This document shows, one piece after another, positions 1 through 14,218 of a stretch of 64,000 bases of DNA. Positions within the stretch are counted from its first letter, which is position 1, and every line of letters begins with the position of its first letter. The position numbers were made by a program, and so were the translations under genes. Location of the stretch: the NCBI GenBank assembly GCA_050248855.1, contig JBFWRP010000012.1:1-64000 (forward strand). Direction: 5' to 3'. Source of the DNA: Planctomycetota bacterium. Its GTDB lineage: Bacteria; Planctomycetota; PLA2; JAEUHO01. A model generated the notes under the pieces. That model saw only the letters and a program-made list of their open reading frames with translations, did no database searches and had not been told where the DNA came from.

Positions 1-4209
<4,209 letters not shown>

Positions 4210-4214
4210 GGTCG

Positions 4215-5810
4215 TTACCCCCCGGGGCGTCGCGCTTGCGATGCGCGCCGCAGTGCTGCCTTCAGCTCGTCGGCCGACACCGGCTTGACGAGGTGATCGT
4301 CGAATCCCGCCGCCTGCGAGCGTGCGCGGTCCGCCGCCTGGCCGTACCCGGTGAGCGCCACGAGCCACGCGCGCTCATGCCCTGGCTCGGCGCGCAAGGC
4401 GCGGACGACGCCGAAGCCGTCGCGGCGCGGCATGTCCAGGTCCACGAGGGCCAAGTCCGGCCCCCAGCTGCGGATCAGCTCGGTCCCCTCCTCGCCATCG
4501 GCCGCGGCGCGGACGTCGTTGCCCCAGGCGCGCAAGAGCAGGGCCATCGAGCTCCGGGCGTCGCCATCGTCGTCGAGCAAGGCGATGCGCAAGGCCTCGG
4601 TCTCCGCGACGTCGCGCGTCGCGACGACGCCCTGTTCGGGCGCCGCAGCGAGGGGGAGGTGGACCTCGAAGCGACTTCCCCGACCGGGACCCTCGCTGCT
4701 GGCTCGCACGCGTCCCCCGTGCATCTGGACCAGCTCGCGCACGAGTGTGAGGCCCAGCCCAAGGCCGCGCTTGGACTCCGCCTGCACCAGTCGATCGAAG
4801 ATGCGGCCGAGTAGCTCCCGCGGGATCCCCCTTCCGTTGTCCGTGACCGAAAGCGCGGCTTCGCGACCGTCGCGCACGCAGGTGACCTCGATGTGCCCCC
4901 CGGGATCCGTGTAGCTGGCTGCGTTGTGGATCAGGTTGGAGACGACCTGGACGAGCCGCAGGGCATCGCCGTCGGTCCACAGGGCCTCCTCGGGCAGGCT
5001 CACGTCCAGGCGGTGGCCATGGTGGGCGAGGACGGGTTGCAGGCTCTCGATCGCTTGGCGGACCACGTCGCGCAGGTCGATGATGTCACGCTGCAGGTGG
5101 AACTTGCCGTGCGCGATCCGCGAGACGTCCATCAGGTCGTCGACCAAGCGGACCAGCTGACGCAGCTGCCGCTCCATGGCCCCGAGCAGCTCCGCGTGTC
5201 CTTCGGGCCCGCCGAACGGCTGCTTGAGCACCTCGACGCCTGCGGCGAGCGTGGCCAGGGGGTTGCGCAGCTCGTGCGCGAGTACCGAGAGGAAGGCCTC
5301 CTGTCGTCGGCTCTCCTCGCGCGCGGTCTGGGCCTCCCACCGTTGGCGCTCGAGCTCGCGCAGCCGCGTCGCCTGCTGGCGCACCTCCTCCGTGCGGTCC
5401 TGGAGGGCGAGGAGGACGGACGTCTTGGCGCGCAGGATCGCGGGCTCGACGGGCTTGAACAGGAAGTCGACGGCCCCCAGCTCGTAGCCCCGCAGCACGC
5501 TCGCGTGCTCCTGGCCGTGGGCGGTGAGGAAGATGATGGGCGTGCGCCGCGAACGGCCGCGTTGCCGGATCAGCTGCGCCGTCTCGAGGCCGTCCATCGC
5601 GGGCATGTGCACGTCCATCAGGACGATGGCGAAGTCCCGGTCCAGGAGCAGGCGGAGCGCATCGCGGCCGCTCCGGGCGCGGATGATCGGCCGTCGCAGC
5701 TCGGCCAGGGCCGCCTCCAGGGCGTCGAGGTTGGCCTCGTTGTCGTCGACGACGAGGATCTCGAAGCCCGGGGTCGTCCCCGGGGTCCGCGACAGACCTG
5801 CGTCGGCCAC
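4215..5810 (-). CDS. Hybrid histidine kinase/response regulator (REC-HisKA-HATPase-REC)
   Basis: [20 protein letters not shown] receiver; [10 protein letters not shown]-box; [16 protein letters not shown] and GLGLGL boxes; C-terminal receiver. GTG start at 5810 is inferred. Confidence 0.93.
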   Translation of the reverse strand: MADAGLSRTPGTTPGFEILVVDDNEANLDALEAALAELRRPIIRARSGRDALRLLLDRDFAIVLMDVHMPAMDGLETAQLIRQRGRSRRTPIIFLTAHGQEHASVLRGYELGAVDFLFKPVEPAILRAKTSVLLALQDRTEEVRQQATRLRELERQRWEAQTAREESRRQEAFLSVLAHELRNPLATLAAGVEVLKQPFGGPEGHAELLGAMERQLRQLVRLVDDLMDVSRIAHGKFHLQRDIIDLRDVVRQAIESLQPVLAHHGHRLDVSLPEEALWTDGDALRLVQVVSNLIHNAASYTDPGGHIEVTCVRDGREAALSVTDNGRGIPRELLGRIFDRLVQAESKRGLGLGLTLVRELVQMHGGRVRASSEGPGRGSRFEVHLPLAAAPEQGVVATRDVAETEALRIALLDDDGDARSSMALLLRAWGNDVRAAADGEEGTELIRSWGPDLALVDLDMPRRDGFGVVRALRAEPGHERAWLVALTGYGQAADRARSQAAGFDDHLVKPVSADELKAALRRASQARRPGG

Positions 5811-6178
5811 GGCTCGATTCACGCGCGATCCCACCCGGCCATGGGCACGGGGCGACGCGCGCGCGAAGCGGGGTCTGCGTGGCGAGCGGCTACGCCGAGT
5901 CGCGGGTGGTTCGCCGTCTTGGTGTGCAACGAGGGCACACGTGTCTCCTGGCGCTACGTCGCGGTTCGGTACGTCGGCACGCCGGCTTCCCGTGGGAGCC
6001 CTTGCCATCGGTCCGAGCGTCGTGCGACTGGGCCTGCTCTTTGCTCTTGCTAGCAAGCACCCTGCCGGATGTGGGGCGGCGCCGGTGCCCCCTTCCATCG
6101 GGGCCGGCGCGCTCGCTTCAGCCGGCCGTGCAGAAGGGAAGGACCGTGTCCGCATCGGTGGTTGGCCTGCTGGACGAG

Positions 6179-7489
6179 ATGGCCGGGCGAGGCGCGCCCG
6201 TGCCACAGGCCTTGCCGCCCCTGGTGCAGCGGACCTCACCTCGGCGTGACCCGATCCGCACGGCGCGCGTGGACCTGGAGCCCCCGGTGTCCCTGCTCCT
6301 GGTCGACGACCTGCCGGCGAACCTGGTGGCCTTGGAGGCCGTCCTGGCCGACGACGGGCACGAGGTCGTGACGGCGAGGTCCGGGCGGGAGGCGCTCAAG
6401 CACCTCCTGCGCCGCGAGTTCGCCGCCATCCTGCTCGACGTCGCGATGCCCGAGATGGACGGCTTCGAGCTGGCTGCATTGATCCGCAAGCGGCCCCAGA
6501 CGCGCCATACCCCGATCGTCTTCCTCACGGCTGTCGGCAAGAGCGAGGAGCACATCGCGCGCGGCTACGCGGCCGGCGCCGTGGACTATCTCTTCAAGCC
6601 GTTCGTGCCCGAGATCCTGCGGGCCAAGGTGGCCGCCCTGGCCGATCTGCACCGCAAGACCGAGGCCGTCCGCCGGCAGGGCGAGCGCTTGCGCGACCTG
6701 GAGCGGCGCGAAGCCGAGGCGCGGGTCGTGGCCGCCGAGCGCCGCGCCGCCGAAGAGGCGGTCCGTCAAGAGCTCCGCACGGCACGGCGCATCCAGGAGG
6801 CCCTGCTTCCGGGAGGACCGCCGCACGTCCCCGGGTTCGACGTGGCCGGGCGGGCGGTCCCCGCCGGCGACACGGGAGGGGACTACTTCGACTTCCTGCC
6901 GCGTACCGACGGCACCGTGGACTTGGTCGTGGGGGACGTGTGCGGGCACGGTGTAGGCCCGGCCCTGCTGATGACCACGACCCGCGCCTACATACGTGCC
7001 TGGGGCCTCTCGGGCGAGGCCTTGGAGCGGGTCGTCGAGCTGACGAACCGCGCCCTCGCCGCGGATGTCCGGGATGGCCGGTTCGTCACGCTGTTCCACG
7101 CCCGCCTCGATCCCGGACGACGCGTGCTGCGCCACGTCAGCGCGGGGCACACGCCAGCGGTCGTCCTTCGTCGCGACGGCAGCATCAAGGCCAAGCTGCA
7201 GAGCACGGCACTTCCCCTGGGCATCCTGCCGGAGGGCCGGTTCCCGGCCGACCGCGAGATCTCGCTCGAGCCGGGGGACCTCCTGCTCGCGTACACCGAT
7301 GGGCTGATCGAGGCGCGCAGTGCATGCGGCGAGCAGTTCGGGCTCGAGCGGGCCATCCGCGTGGCCGCCGCGAGCCGTGCCGCCGGCGCGGAGGGGGTTC
7401 TCGACGCCCTCGAGGCCGCCGTCCGGTCCTTCACCGGAGACCGGCCGCTCGAGGACGACCTGACGGCGCTCGTCGCCATCGCCAGCTAG
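6179..7489 (+). CDS. Response-regulated PP2C/SpoIIE-type Ser/Thr phosphatase (REC + RsbU-like)
   Basis: LLVDDLPANL receiver; GGDYFDF, GDVCGHG, YTDGLIEAR and EDDLT phosphatase motifs. Start uncertain (GTG 6146 or ATG 6179). Confidence 0.92.
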   Translation: MAGRGAPVPQALPPLVQRTSPRRDPIRTARVDLEPPVSLLLVDDLPANLVALEAVLADDGHEVVTARSGREALKHLLRREFAAILLDVAMPEMDGFELAALIRKRPQTRHTPIVFLTAVGKSEEHIARGYAAGAVDYLFKPFVPEILRAKVAALADLHRKTEAVRRQGERLRDLERREAEARVVAAERRAAEEAVRQELRTARRIQEALLPGGPPHVPGFDVAGRAVPAGDTGGDYFDFLPRTDGTVDLVVGDVCGHGVGPALLMTTTRAYIRAWGLSGEALERVVELTNRALAADVRDGRFVTLFHARLDPGRRVLRHVSAGHTPAVVLRRDGSIKAKLQSTALPLGILPEGRFPADREISLEPGDLLLAYTDGLIEARSACGEQFGLERAIRVAAASRAAGAEGVLDALEAAVRSFTGDRPLEDDLTALVAIAS

Positions 7490-8382
7490 CGCTCCATCGC
7501 GCGCAGGGCCATGGACGCGGCGCGACGGATCGACGGCTCGGGATCGGATGCGGCCAGGTCGCGAAGGGTGGCCCGGACTTCGTCCGGTGCATCGCGGTCG
7601 AGCGCCAGGGCCTGGATCGAGCGGCGCCGCTGCTCGGGGTCGGTCGATGCCAACCCGGCACGCAGGGGCGCGCGCAGCGTGTCGCGCTCGGTCATCAGCC
7701 GGGGGTCCGTCAACGCGATGGAAAGCACCTGGGCCGCACGGTCGCGGACGGCGTTGTCCGGATCCGCGGTGAAGGCCTGGAGAACGGGCGCACGCCACAG
7801 CGCGATGTCGCGTCCCTCCAGGGCCACGAGCGCGGCCTCGCGCACATGGGACGACTCCGCCGCGCGAGCGGCCTCGGCGAGGCGTGTGCCCAGTCGCCCC
7901 TCCGGCACGAAGCGCAACACGCGCGCCAGCGCCGCGGCGTCGACGGCATCGGCTGCGAGCAGCTGGTCGAGCACGCGATGGGCGGCTGCGCCGTCTCGGC
8001 GGAGGAGCTCGATCAAGTCCGTGCGTGCCGCCTGGAGGCGTTCACGCGCTGCATCCCGCGCCTCCTCGTCGTCGGCGGCCTCGGCCGCGGCGACCGCTCG
8101 GGCGTGTGCCAAGAGGCCCTCGACACCATCGCTCACGCGCGGGGTCGAGGCTGCGTCCGAGGTCGATGCGTCCGGCGGGTCCGACGGCCCCGGCGTGCCC
8201 GCCAGGGACTCGCGCCGAGGGTGGGGTGTTGCGCCGCCCCGGCCATCAGGACTGTCGGCCGGGGACGTGGCGGGGGCGTGCGAGGCGTCCACGCCGGGCC
8301 CGCTCTCGCTCCGCAGCAGCACGAACCCGAGCAGGGCCGCCGCTCCCAGGGCGGCGGCCCCCGCGAGTGCCGTGCGGCTCAA
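7486..8382 (-). CDS. Membrane-anchored HEAT-repeat protein
   Basis: N-terminal hydrophobic anchor; repeated DPD..VR..AA..L HEAT-like motifs; 4-bp overlap with the upstream gene. Confidence 0.75.
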   Translation of the reverse strand: MSRTALAGAAALGAAALLGFVLLRSESGPGVDASHAPATSPADSPDGRGGATPHPRRESLAGTPGPSDPPDASTSDAASTPRVSDGVEGLLAHARAVAAAEAADDEEARDAARERLQAARTDLIELLRRDGAAAHRVLDQLLAADAVDAAALARVLRFVPEGRLGTRLAEAARAAESSHVREAALVALEGRDIALWRAPVLQAFTADPDNAVRDRAAQVLSIALTDPRLMTERDTLRAPLRAGLASTDPEQRRRSIQALALDRDAPDEVRATLRDLAASDPEPSIRRAASMALRAMER

Positions 8383-11300
8383 TCCCGCGCGACCTGGAGC
8401 TGGTAGGCGCCGCCAGAGCTCACGAGGCCGTCGTCCAGCAATCCGAGGTAGTAGGTGGCCGTGGTGGAGGCCGTCCAGTCCAGGTAGGGATCGCCGTTGA
8501 ACGCCGAGTCGCTGCGGGCCAGCTCGGTGCCCGTGGCGTCCATGACGACCAGGATCGAGCCGCCGGTGCCCGTGCGGCTGCCGAAGACGGACGCCATGAT
8601 GCGGTCGCCTGCGGTCGCGTCGAACGAGAACACGTCGAGATCCGTGACGTTGCTGAGGGAGCCGTCGAAGCGCACGGAGGAAGCCCCGGCCACCAGACCC
8701 AGCGGGTTGGCGAACGCGATGTCCCCGACGTCGAGCACCCCGCTGCCGTCTTCGTTGGGCTCCAGCTCGAGCAGCGGCACCGGCGCCACGCAGAAGCGGA
8801 ACGTCTCGGGCGAGGAGAGCGCGCCACCCGACGTGTCCTGCAACGCCGTCGTCATCCGCACGACGACCGAGGTGCCCGCGAGGGGGTTGAGCACCGTGGT
8901 GGGCGTGAAGATCACGCGCCGGCCTCCCAGGTCGGTGGTGAAGGCGCCCGCGACGGCGCTGCCCCCGTTGGTGATCTGCAGGCCTGCGGCAAGCGTGGCG
9001 GTGGCCACGGGCCGCGTGAACACGAAGGCGATCGGTTGCGTGGGCTCCGGCAACGCGGCACCCGTGTACAGGTGCACGTGCGGGTCCGTGCCCAGGAACA
9101 CGAGCGGGATCGCCGTGCCTGCGGCACGGATGCCGATCTCGCCGGCGGCCGGACCGCCGAATGCACCCATGTCGTTGCGCGTGCCGTCCGGGTCGTTGTA
9201 GGCGGGGTCCGGATCGCCGGCATCCACGCCTGGGGAGGCGGGGCTCAACCGGAACAGGTTCTTGGCCAGCTCGGAGAACTGCTGCCCGTAGACCGACAGC
9301 GCGTCCAGGTCGACCGCGAAGAACGGGTCGCCCACGACGTTGCCGAACCCACCGGTCGCCAGCTCGTCGCTGGTCTGCGTGTAGGAGACGCGTACGTTCT
9401 CCGCCACGTCGACGTTGTTGTTCACCACGAGGCAGTTGTGGATGAACGTGTTGCCCTGCGCGCCGCCGTCATCGACGCCGAACTGGCTGCCGTTCTGGCC
9501 GTTGTAGGCGACGGTGAGGTTGACGAGCTGCGGCTTGATGCCCTCGTTCTGCAGGTCGAGCCCGTCGCCGGAGCAGCCGGCGATCGTCGAGTTGCGCATG
9601 CGGAACAGGCTGGGGAACGTGCTCCCATCGATGTCGAGGCCGTCCTCCGACGAGTCTTCCCCGTGGAAGCCCAGCACGTTGCGTTCGAACAGCCAGCACG
9701 CGGGGGAACCGTTGAGGTCGATATCGAGCGTGGGGTCGCTGTCGTCCGCGCTGGGTGCCATCTGGTTGGCGCCGACGTAGACGTAGAGCCCGCCCTGGAA
9801 GTCGCTGCCGCGGTTGTCGCGGACCTCGAGCGTCTCGTCGTCACCCCGCTGGGCGATGTCGTTGTTGAACACCGTGACGAACGTCGCGCCGTCCGGGTAC
9901 GGCCGCACGACCGACGACGTGCCCAGGTGACCCTGGAAGCGCAGCGTCATGGGGTCTTCGGCCGACATGACGAGGTTCTCGGTGACGACGAGGTCCGCCG
10001 AGCCGCCGTGCGGCATGCCGACGTCCCAGTCCACGAGGTCTTCGGCGCCGCCCGTGTTGACGTTCTGATGCACGGTGACCAGGATGCGCCCCTCGTCGGC
10101 GAGGTCGATGGCGCCCGGGTCCTGGTCGTCGAAGTCGAACATCTCCGACTCGCTGTTGCCGGCGCGGTTGCCGCGGATGGTCAGGCGCGTGTCGCGGCCG
10201 GCCGACACCACGAGATCGGCGTCGATGGCGCTGCCGTTGTTGCCCATCAGGTCGTTGTCGAGGAGGTCGATCGTCACGTCGACGCCGGCGTGCGCCGTGG
10301 CCCCGGCCACGGTGACCTCGATCGCGTCGCTGCTGGTGCCCATGATCAGGTTGTTGCGGACGGTACAGGTGCAGGACCCGTTGGCTCCCACGTCGCCAAG
10401 CCCGGTCAGCTCCACGCCATCGCTGGAGCAGCTGCGCAGGTCGTTGCGCGCGACGAGGATCTGGACGGCGCCGCCGGACAGGGCGTCAGCCGGCTCCAGG
10501 TCGAGGTCGATGGCGATGTTCGCGTCCTGGACGAAGTTGTGCGTGGCGCGCGCCGAGAGCCCCGTCGTGGGGACGAGCAGGCTCGCGTCGGCAACGAGGT
10601 TGCTTCGCTCCCGCACGACGTTGTTGTGCACGTGCAGGACGGCGAGCTCACCCCCGGCGAGGACCAAGCTGCTCCCCACGCCTTCGGTACGGTTGCCGAC
10701 GACACGCAGGTGCCCCGCCACGCCAGGCATCGCGGTGGCCGAGACGATCTGCCCGCCATCGGCGAACACGCATCCACTCACTTGCACACGGGCGTCGGTA
10801 CCCCGGATCGAGGGGCCGCTGAAGTCGCTGAAGCGCAGGCCGTCGAAGTCGGTGGCGGTGCCGACGGCCAGGGCGGCCCAGAAGTCGCCGTCGCCAAGCG
10901 GCAGCCCGAGTGCCGAGCAGGTGCTGGTCGTGGTGCCGGGGCTGCGGGCACCGAGCACGGTGGCGGCAGAGGCGCCCGGGGCGAAGCCGGCAAAGGACGG
11001 GAACCCGCCGTACACGCCGAGCGAGCTCACGACGCCGAGGCCCAGGGCGACCTCTTCGTTGTAGGTGCCTTCGGCCAGCAGCACGATGCCGCCGCCCGCG
11101 ATCTCCACGGCCAACACCGCAGCCTGGACCAGCGGGAAGGGATCGGCCAAGCTGCCGAGCGTGCCCGGCCCGATCGCAGCGGGGTCCACGTAGGCGACCG
11201 CGCCGACGGCGACCGGCGTCACGCCCAGCTCGACCACGTTGTCGTCCATGTTGCCGTCGCCATCCAGGGCGCGGACGACGAACCACACGCGCGAGCCGAC

Positions 11301-11657
11301 GCTGACGAGCGGCGTGTTGGCGTTCGTGACGAGCGTCGTCGTGACGCCCGGCGCCGTGGTCAGGATCGGCGCGCCGAAGACCTGACCGCCCGACGTGGCC
11401 GCAGCGAACACGCGGTAGCGGATCGCGCCCTGCGCCGTGCGGTTGTCCTGCGCGGCGTCCCAGTCCAGCCGCACGGTGGCACCACCTGCCGTGGCGATCG
11501 AGCGAAGGCCAGCAAACCGCGGCGCCGTCGACGTGGAGTCGCCGAAGCCTCCTCCGCCCCCGCCTCCACCACCGCCTCCTCCTCCGCCTCCCCCGCAACC
11601 TGCGGCCAGGGCGAGGGTGGCCAGGGCGAACCATGAGGCGATGAAGCGCGACGGCAT
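8379..11657 (-). CDS. Large secreted lipoprotein (FN3-like, parallel beta-helix, Ig-like and PPC-like domains)
   Basis: MPSRF...LAAGC lipobox, poly-Gly linker; FN3-like LDWDAAQDN...YRVF...WFVVRALD; Asn-rich beta-helix; SPGVDAGDP...DMGAFGG; C-terminal ELEPN...DLDVFSF PPC-like domain. Confidence 0.85.
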   Translation of the reverse strand: MPSRFIASWFALATLALAAGCGGGGGGGGGGGGGGGGFGDSTSTAPRFAGLRSIATAGGATVRLDWDAAQDNRTAQGAIRYRVFAAATSGGQVFGAPILTTAPGVTTTLVTNANTPLVSVGSRVWFVVRALDGDGNMDDNVVELGVTPVAVGAVAYVDPAAIGPGTLGSLADPFPLVQAAVLAVEIAGGGIVLLAEGTYNEEVALGLGVVSSLGVYGGFPSFAGFAPGASAATVLGARSPGTTTSTCSALGLPLGDGDFWAALAVGTATDFDGLRFSDFSGPSIRGTDARVQVSGCVFADGGQIVSATAMPGVAGHLRVVGNRTEGVGSSLVLAGGELAVLHVHNNVVRERSNLVADASLLVPTTGLSARATHNFVQDANIAIDLDLEPADALSGGAVQILVARNDLRSCSSDGVELTGLGDVGANGSCTCTVRNNLIMGTSSDAIEVTVAGATAHAGVDVTIDLLDNDLMGNNGSAIDADLVVSAGRDTRLTIRGNRAGNSESEMFDFDDQDPGAIDLADEGRILVTVHQNVNTGGAEDLVDWDVGMPHGGSADLVVTENLVMSAEDPMTLRFQGHLGTSSVVRPYPDGATFVTVFNNDIAQRGDDETLEVRDNRGSDFQGGLYVYVGANQMAPSADDSDPTLDIDLNGSPACWLFERNVLGFHGEDSSEDGLDIDGSTFPSLFRMRNSTIAGCSGDGLDLQNEGIKPQLVNLTVAYNGQNGSQFGVDDGGAQGNTFIHNCLVVNNNVDVAENVRVSYTQTSDELATGGFGNVVGDPFFAVDLDALSVYGQQFSELAKNLFRLSPASPGVDAGDPDPAYNDPDGTRNDMGAFGGPAAGEIGIRAAGTAIPLVFLGTDPHVHLYTGAALPEPTQPIAFVFTRPVATATLAAGLQITNGGSAVAGAFTTDLGGRRVIFTPTTVLNPLAGTSVVVRMTTALQDTSGGALSSPETFRFCVAPVPLLELEPNEDGSGVLDVGDIAFANPLGLVAGASSVRFDGSLSNVTDLDVFSFDATAGDRIMASVFGSRTGTGGSILVVMDATGTELARSDSAFNGDPYLDWTASTTATYYLGLLDDGLVSSGGAYQLQVARD

Positions 11658-11827
11658 GCGGAGGGCTCCCTTCTCGGCGCCAGGAACGGCACCCGACGGC
11701 CGGACTATACAGTCGAAGGGCCCTCCTGCCCCGCGCGTTGCGCGCACGCAATTGACGTGCGCTGCACCGGGCCTGACGATCTTCATCTGCCGTCCCTACC
11801 GCACTTCGCCTCGAGAGGAGGTGGCTC

Positions 11828-14056
11828 GTGCGCCTGACCGCTTCGCGTTGCGTTCCGTGGGCCCTCTGTGCGTCGTCCGTGCTCGCGAGCCTGGTCGCCT
11901 GCGGCGGAGGTGGATCGCCAGGAGCGTCTCCCCAGGAGACGCGTCCCACGTCTGCCAAGCTGGTGCCCGTCACCGACTGCGGAGCGCTCGAGGCGTACCT
12001 GGTGGACGCGGGCGTCGAGCGCTTGGTGCGCCAGTGGCAGATGGGCAGCTACGGCGTGCCCTTGCCCGCGGTCGATCCGGGCGCTCTTCCTCCGGACGTG
12101 GCCACGGCCGGCGAGGGCTTCGACGATGCGAGCGTGCCGCCGCCGCGCGACGTGACGTCGACCAACGTGCAGGAGGCGGGCGTGGACGAGCCCGACCTCG
12201 TCAAGACCGACGGATCGACGTTGTTCGTCGTGCGCGACAACGTGCTGCACGTCGTGAAGGCGTGGCCGGCCGACGAGACCGAGCGCATCGCGCGCGTCCC
12301 GCTCACGGGCCACGGCGGCGAGCTGTTCCTCGTGGGCACGCGCCTCGTGGTGCTGACGTCGATCTACGAAGGCGGGTGGGGCCCCTACGAGCCGGGCCTT
12401 CCCGGCCCCACGATGGAGGAGGGGGGCGCCTCGTTCGCGCCGCCCGAGCCGCCCGGCGACGGCGAATGGACGGAGCCCTTCCAGGCCACGCACGTCACCG
12501 TGTTCGATGTCAGCGACCCGGCCATGCCGGTCGTGGAGCGCGCGTTCGACATCGAAGGCTACCGCATCGGAGCCCGTCTGGTGGACGGACTCGTGTACCT
12601 GGTCTCCACCCACGAGCCGGGCTACGGCGATCCGCAGCTCTTCGACGAGCTCGCCCAGCTCGCGCTGCCGCAGGCTTGGAACCTGTCCGACGGCCAGCGC
12701 GCGTCGGCCCTCGAGACCGTGCGCGCGCGGGTGCGCCCCGTCGTCGCGTCGTACGTGGCCCGGGCGGGCCGCGAGCGATTCCTCCCGGACCTGCGCTTGG
12801 CCGACGGCACGCGGAGCGACGTTCTCGACTGTGCGGCGGTCTTCCGACCCGAGCGGGCGGCGGACCTGTCGCTGGTGACGCTCCTGGCCTTCGATCCGGC
12901 GAGCGACGCCGCGCCGACCGGCGAGGGCGTGATCGCCAGCGGCTGGCACGTCTACGCGTCCCGCCAGTCGCTCTACCTCGCCCAGGACTCGCGCTGGTGG
13001 TGGTGGTCCGACGACGAGTCGCGCTATGCGGAGACGCACGTCCATCGCTTCGACCTGGGTGCTGGGCAGCCGACCTACATCGCGTCGGGCAAGGTCCCCG
13101 GTTGGGTCCTGAGCCAGTTCTCCATGTCCGAGCACGAGGGGCACCTGCGCGTGGCCACGACGGACGCCACGTGGAACGCCTGGAGCTGGGGCGTCGTGCC
13201 TGGCGGTGGGGACGTCGTGGCGGCGCCGGCGGAGACGCTCCTTCCCCTGCAGACGGCCGAGGCTCCGCCGCGGGACGCCAACAACGTCTTCGTCATGGAC
13301 CGCGTGGGTACCGACCTCGTGGTGGTGGGGGCGCTGCGCGGCCTGGCGCCCGATGAGCAGATCCGCGCCGTGCGCTTCCTGGAGGACCGCGGCTACGTGG
13401 TCACGTTCCGGCAGACGGACCCGCTCTTCACGATCGACCTGTCCGTGCCCACGGCGCCGACCGTGCTCGGCGAGCTGCACATCACCGGCTTCTCCACCTA
13501 CTTGCACCCGCTTCACCCGGATCACTTGATCGGCGTGGGTCGCGAAGCCACGGAGACGGGCCGCGTGCTGGGCATGCAGCTGCAGCTCTTCGACGTCGGC
13601 AACCCGGCGTTCCCGCTCCGCACGCACCAGGAGCTGCTCGGTGCGGAAGGCTCATGGTCGTGGAGCGAGGCCGAGCACGATCCGCGCGCGTTCACGTTCC
13701 GCGACAGCGACGGTGTCCTGGCCTTGCCGGTCACGTTGGAAGAGCCAGGGGAGCTGCGCGAGGACTATCGGCACTTCTCGGGCCTCGTCGTCTACCGGGT
13801 GACGCCCGCCGCGGGCTTCGAGGAGCTCGGCCGCATCTCCCACGCTTCCATCGCGCACGACGTCTGGTGTGAGCCGGGTGGTGCCGGCGATCCTGGCCTC
13901 GGCTTGCCCTGCGAAGACGGCTTCGGCGCATGGTTCGCCTCGATGCGTCGTTCGGTCTTCTTCGACGACGTGCTCTACGCCATCTCCGACGTGGGCCTCA
14001 CCGTGTCGACGCTGGGCGCCCTCGACCAGCCGCTCGTGACGATTCCCCTCGACTGA
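11828..14056 (+). CDS. Secreted lipoprotein with beta-propeller domain (Beta_propel-like)
   Basis: Lipobox LVAC; TNVQEAGVDEPDLVKTDG, QFSMSEHEGHLRVATT, YVVTFRQTDPLF and GELHITGFSTYLHP signatures. Confidence 0.88.
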   Translation: MRLTASRCVPWALCASSVLASLVACGGGGSPGASPQETRPTSAKLVPVTDCGALEAYLVDAGVERLVRQWQMGSYGVPLPAVDPGALPPDVATAGEGFDDASVPPPRDVTSTNVQEAGVDEPDLVKTDGSTLFVVRDNVLHVVKAWPADETERIARVPLTGHGGELFLVGTRLVVLTSIYEGGWGPYEPGLPGPTMEEGGASFAPPEPPGDGEWTEPFQATHVTVFDVSDPAMPVVERAFDIEGYRIGARLVDGLVYLVSTHEPGYGDPQLFDELAQLALPQAWNLSDGQRASALETVRARVRPVVASYVARAGRERFLPDLRLADGTRSDVLDCAAVFRPERAADLSLVTLLAFDPASDAAPTGEGVIASGWHVYASRQSLYLAQDSRWWWWSDDESRYAETHVHRFDLGAGQPTYIASGKVPGWVLSQFSMSEHEGHLRVATTDATWNAWSWGVVPGGGDVVAAPAETLLPLQTAEAPPRDANNVFVMDRVGTDLVVVGALRGLAPDEQIRAVRFLEDRGYVVTFRQTDPLFTIDLSVPTAPTVLGELHITGFSTYLHPLHPDHLIGVGREATETGRVLGMQLQLFDVGNPAFPLRTHQELLGAEGSWSWSEAEHDPRAFTFRDSDGVLALPVTLEEPGELREDYRHFSGLVVYRVTPAAGFEELGRISHASIAHDVWCEPGGAGDPGLGLPCEDGFGAWFASMRRSVFFDDVLYAISDVGLTVSTLGALDQPLVTIPLD

Positions 14057-14218
14057 CCCGGAGCGGCCGTCCACGCGTGTGCTGCTCGATCCACGGGCCC
14101 CGCTGGCGCCCAAGGACCCCGACCCGGGTGCGCGACGTGCCGCGGCGAGTACCGAGCGCGCGCGGGTAGCGCGCGTCGCTCGCACCCGGGAGGCCTCCCG
14201 CAAGTCAGCGGCCGACGA

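Noticed and set aside
11548..11600. CCT/CCG-rich simple repeat
   Set aside because: It encodes the poly-Gly linker after the lipoprotein Cys with mixed codons; not a contingency locus.
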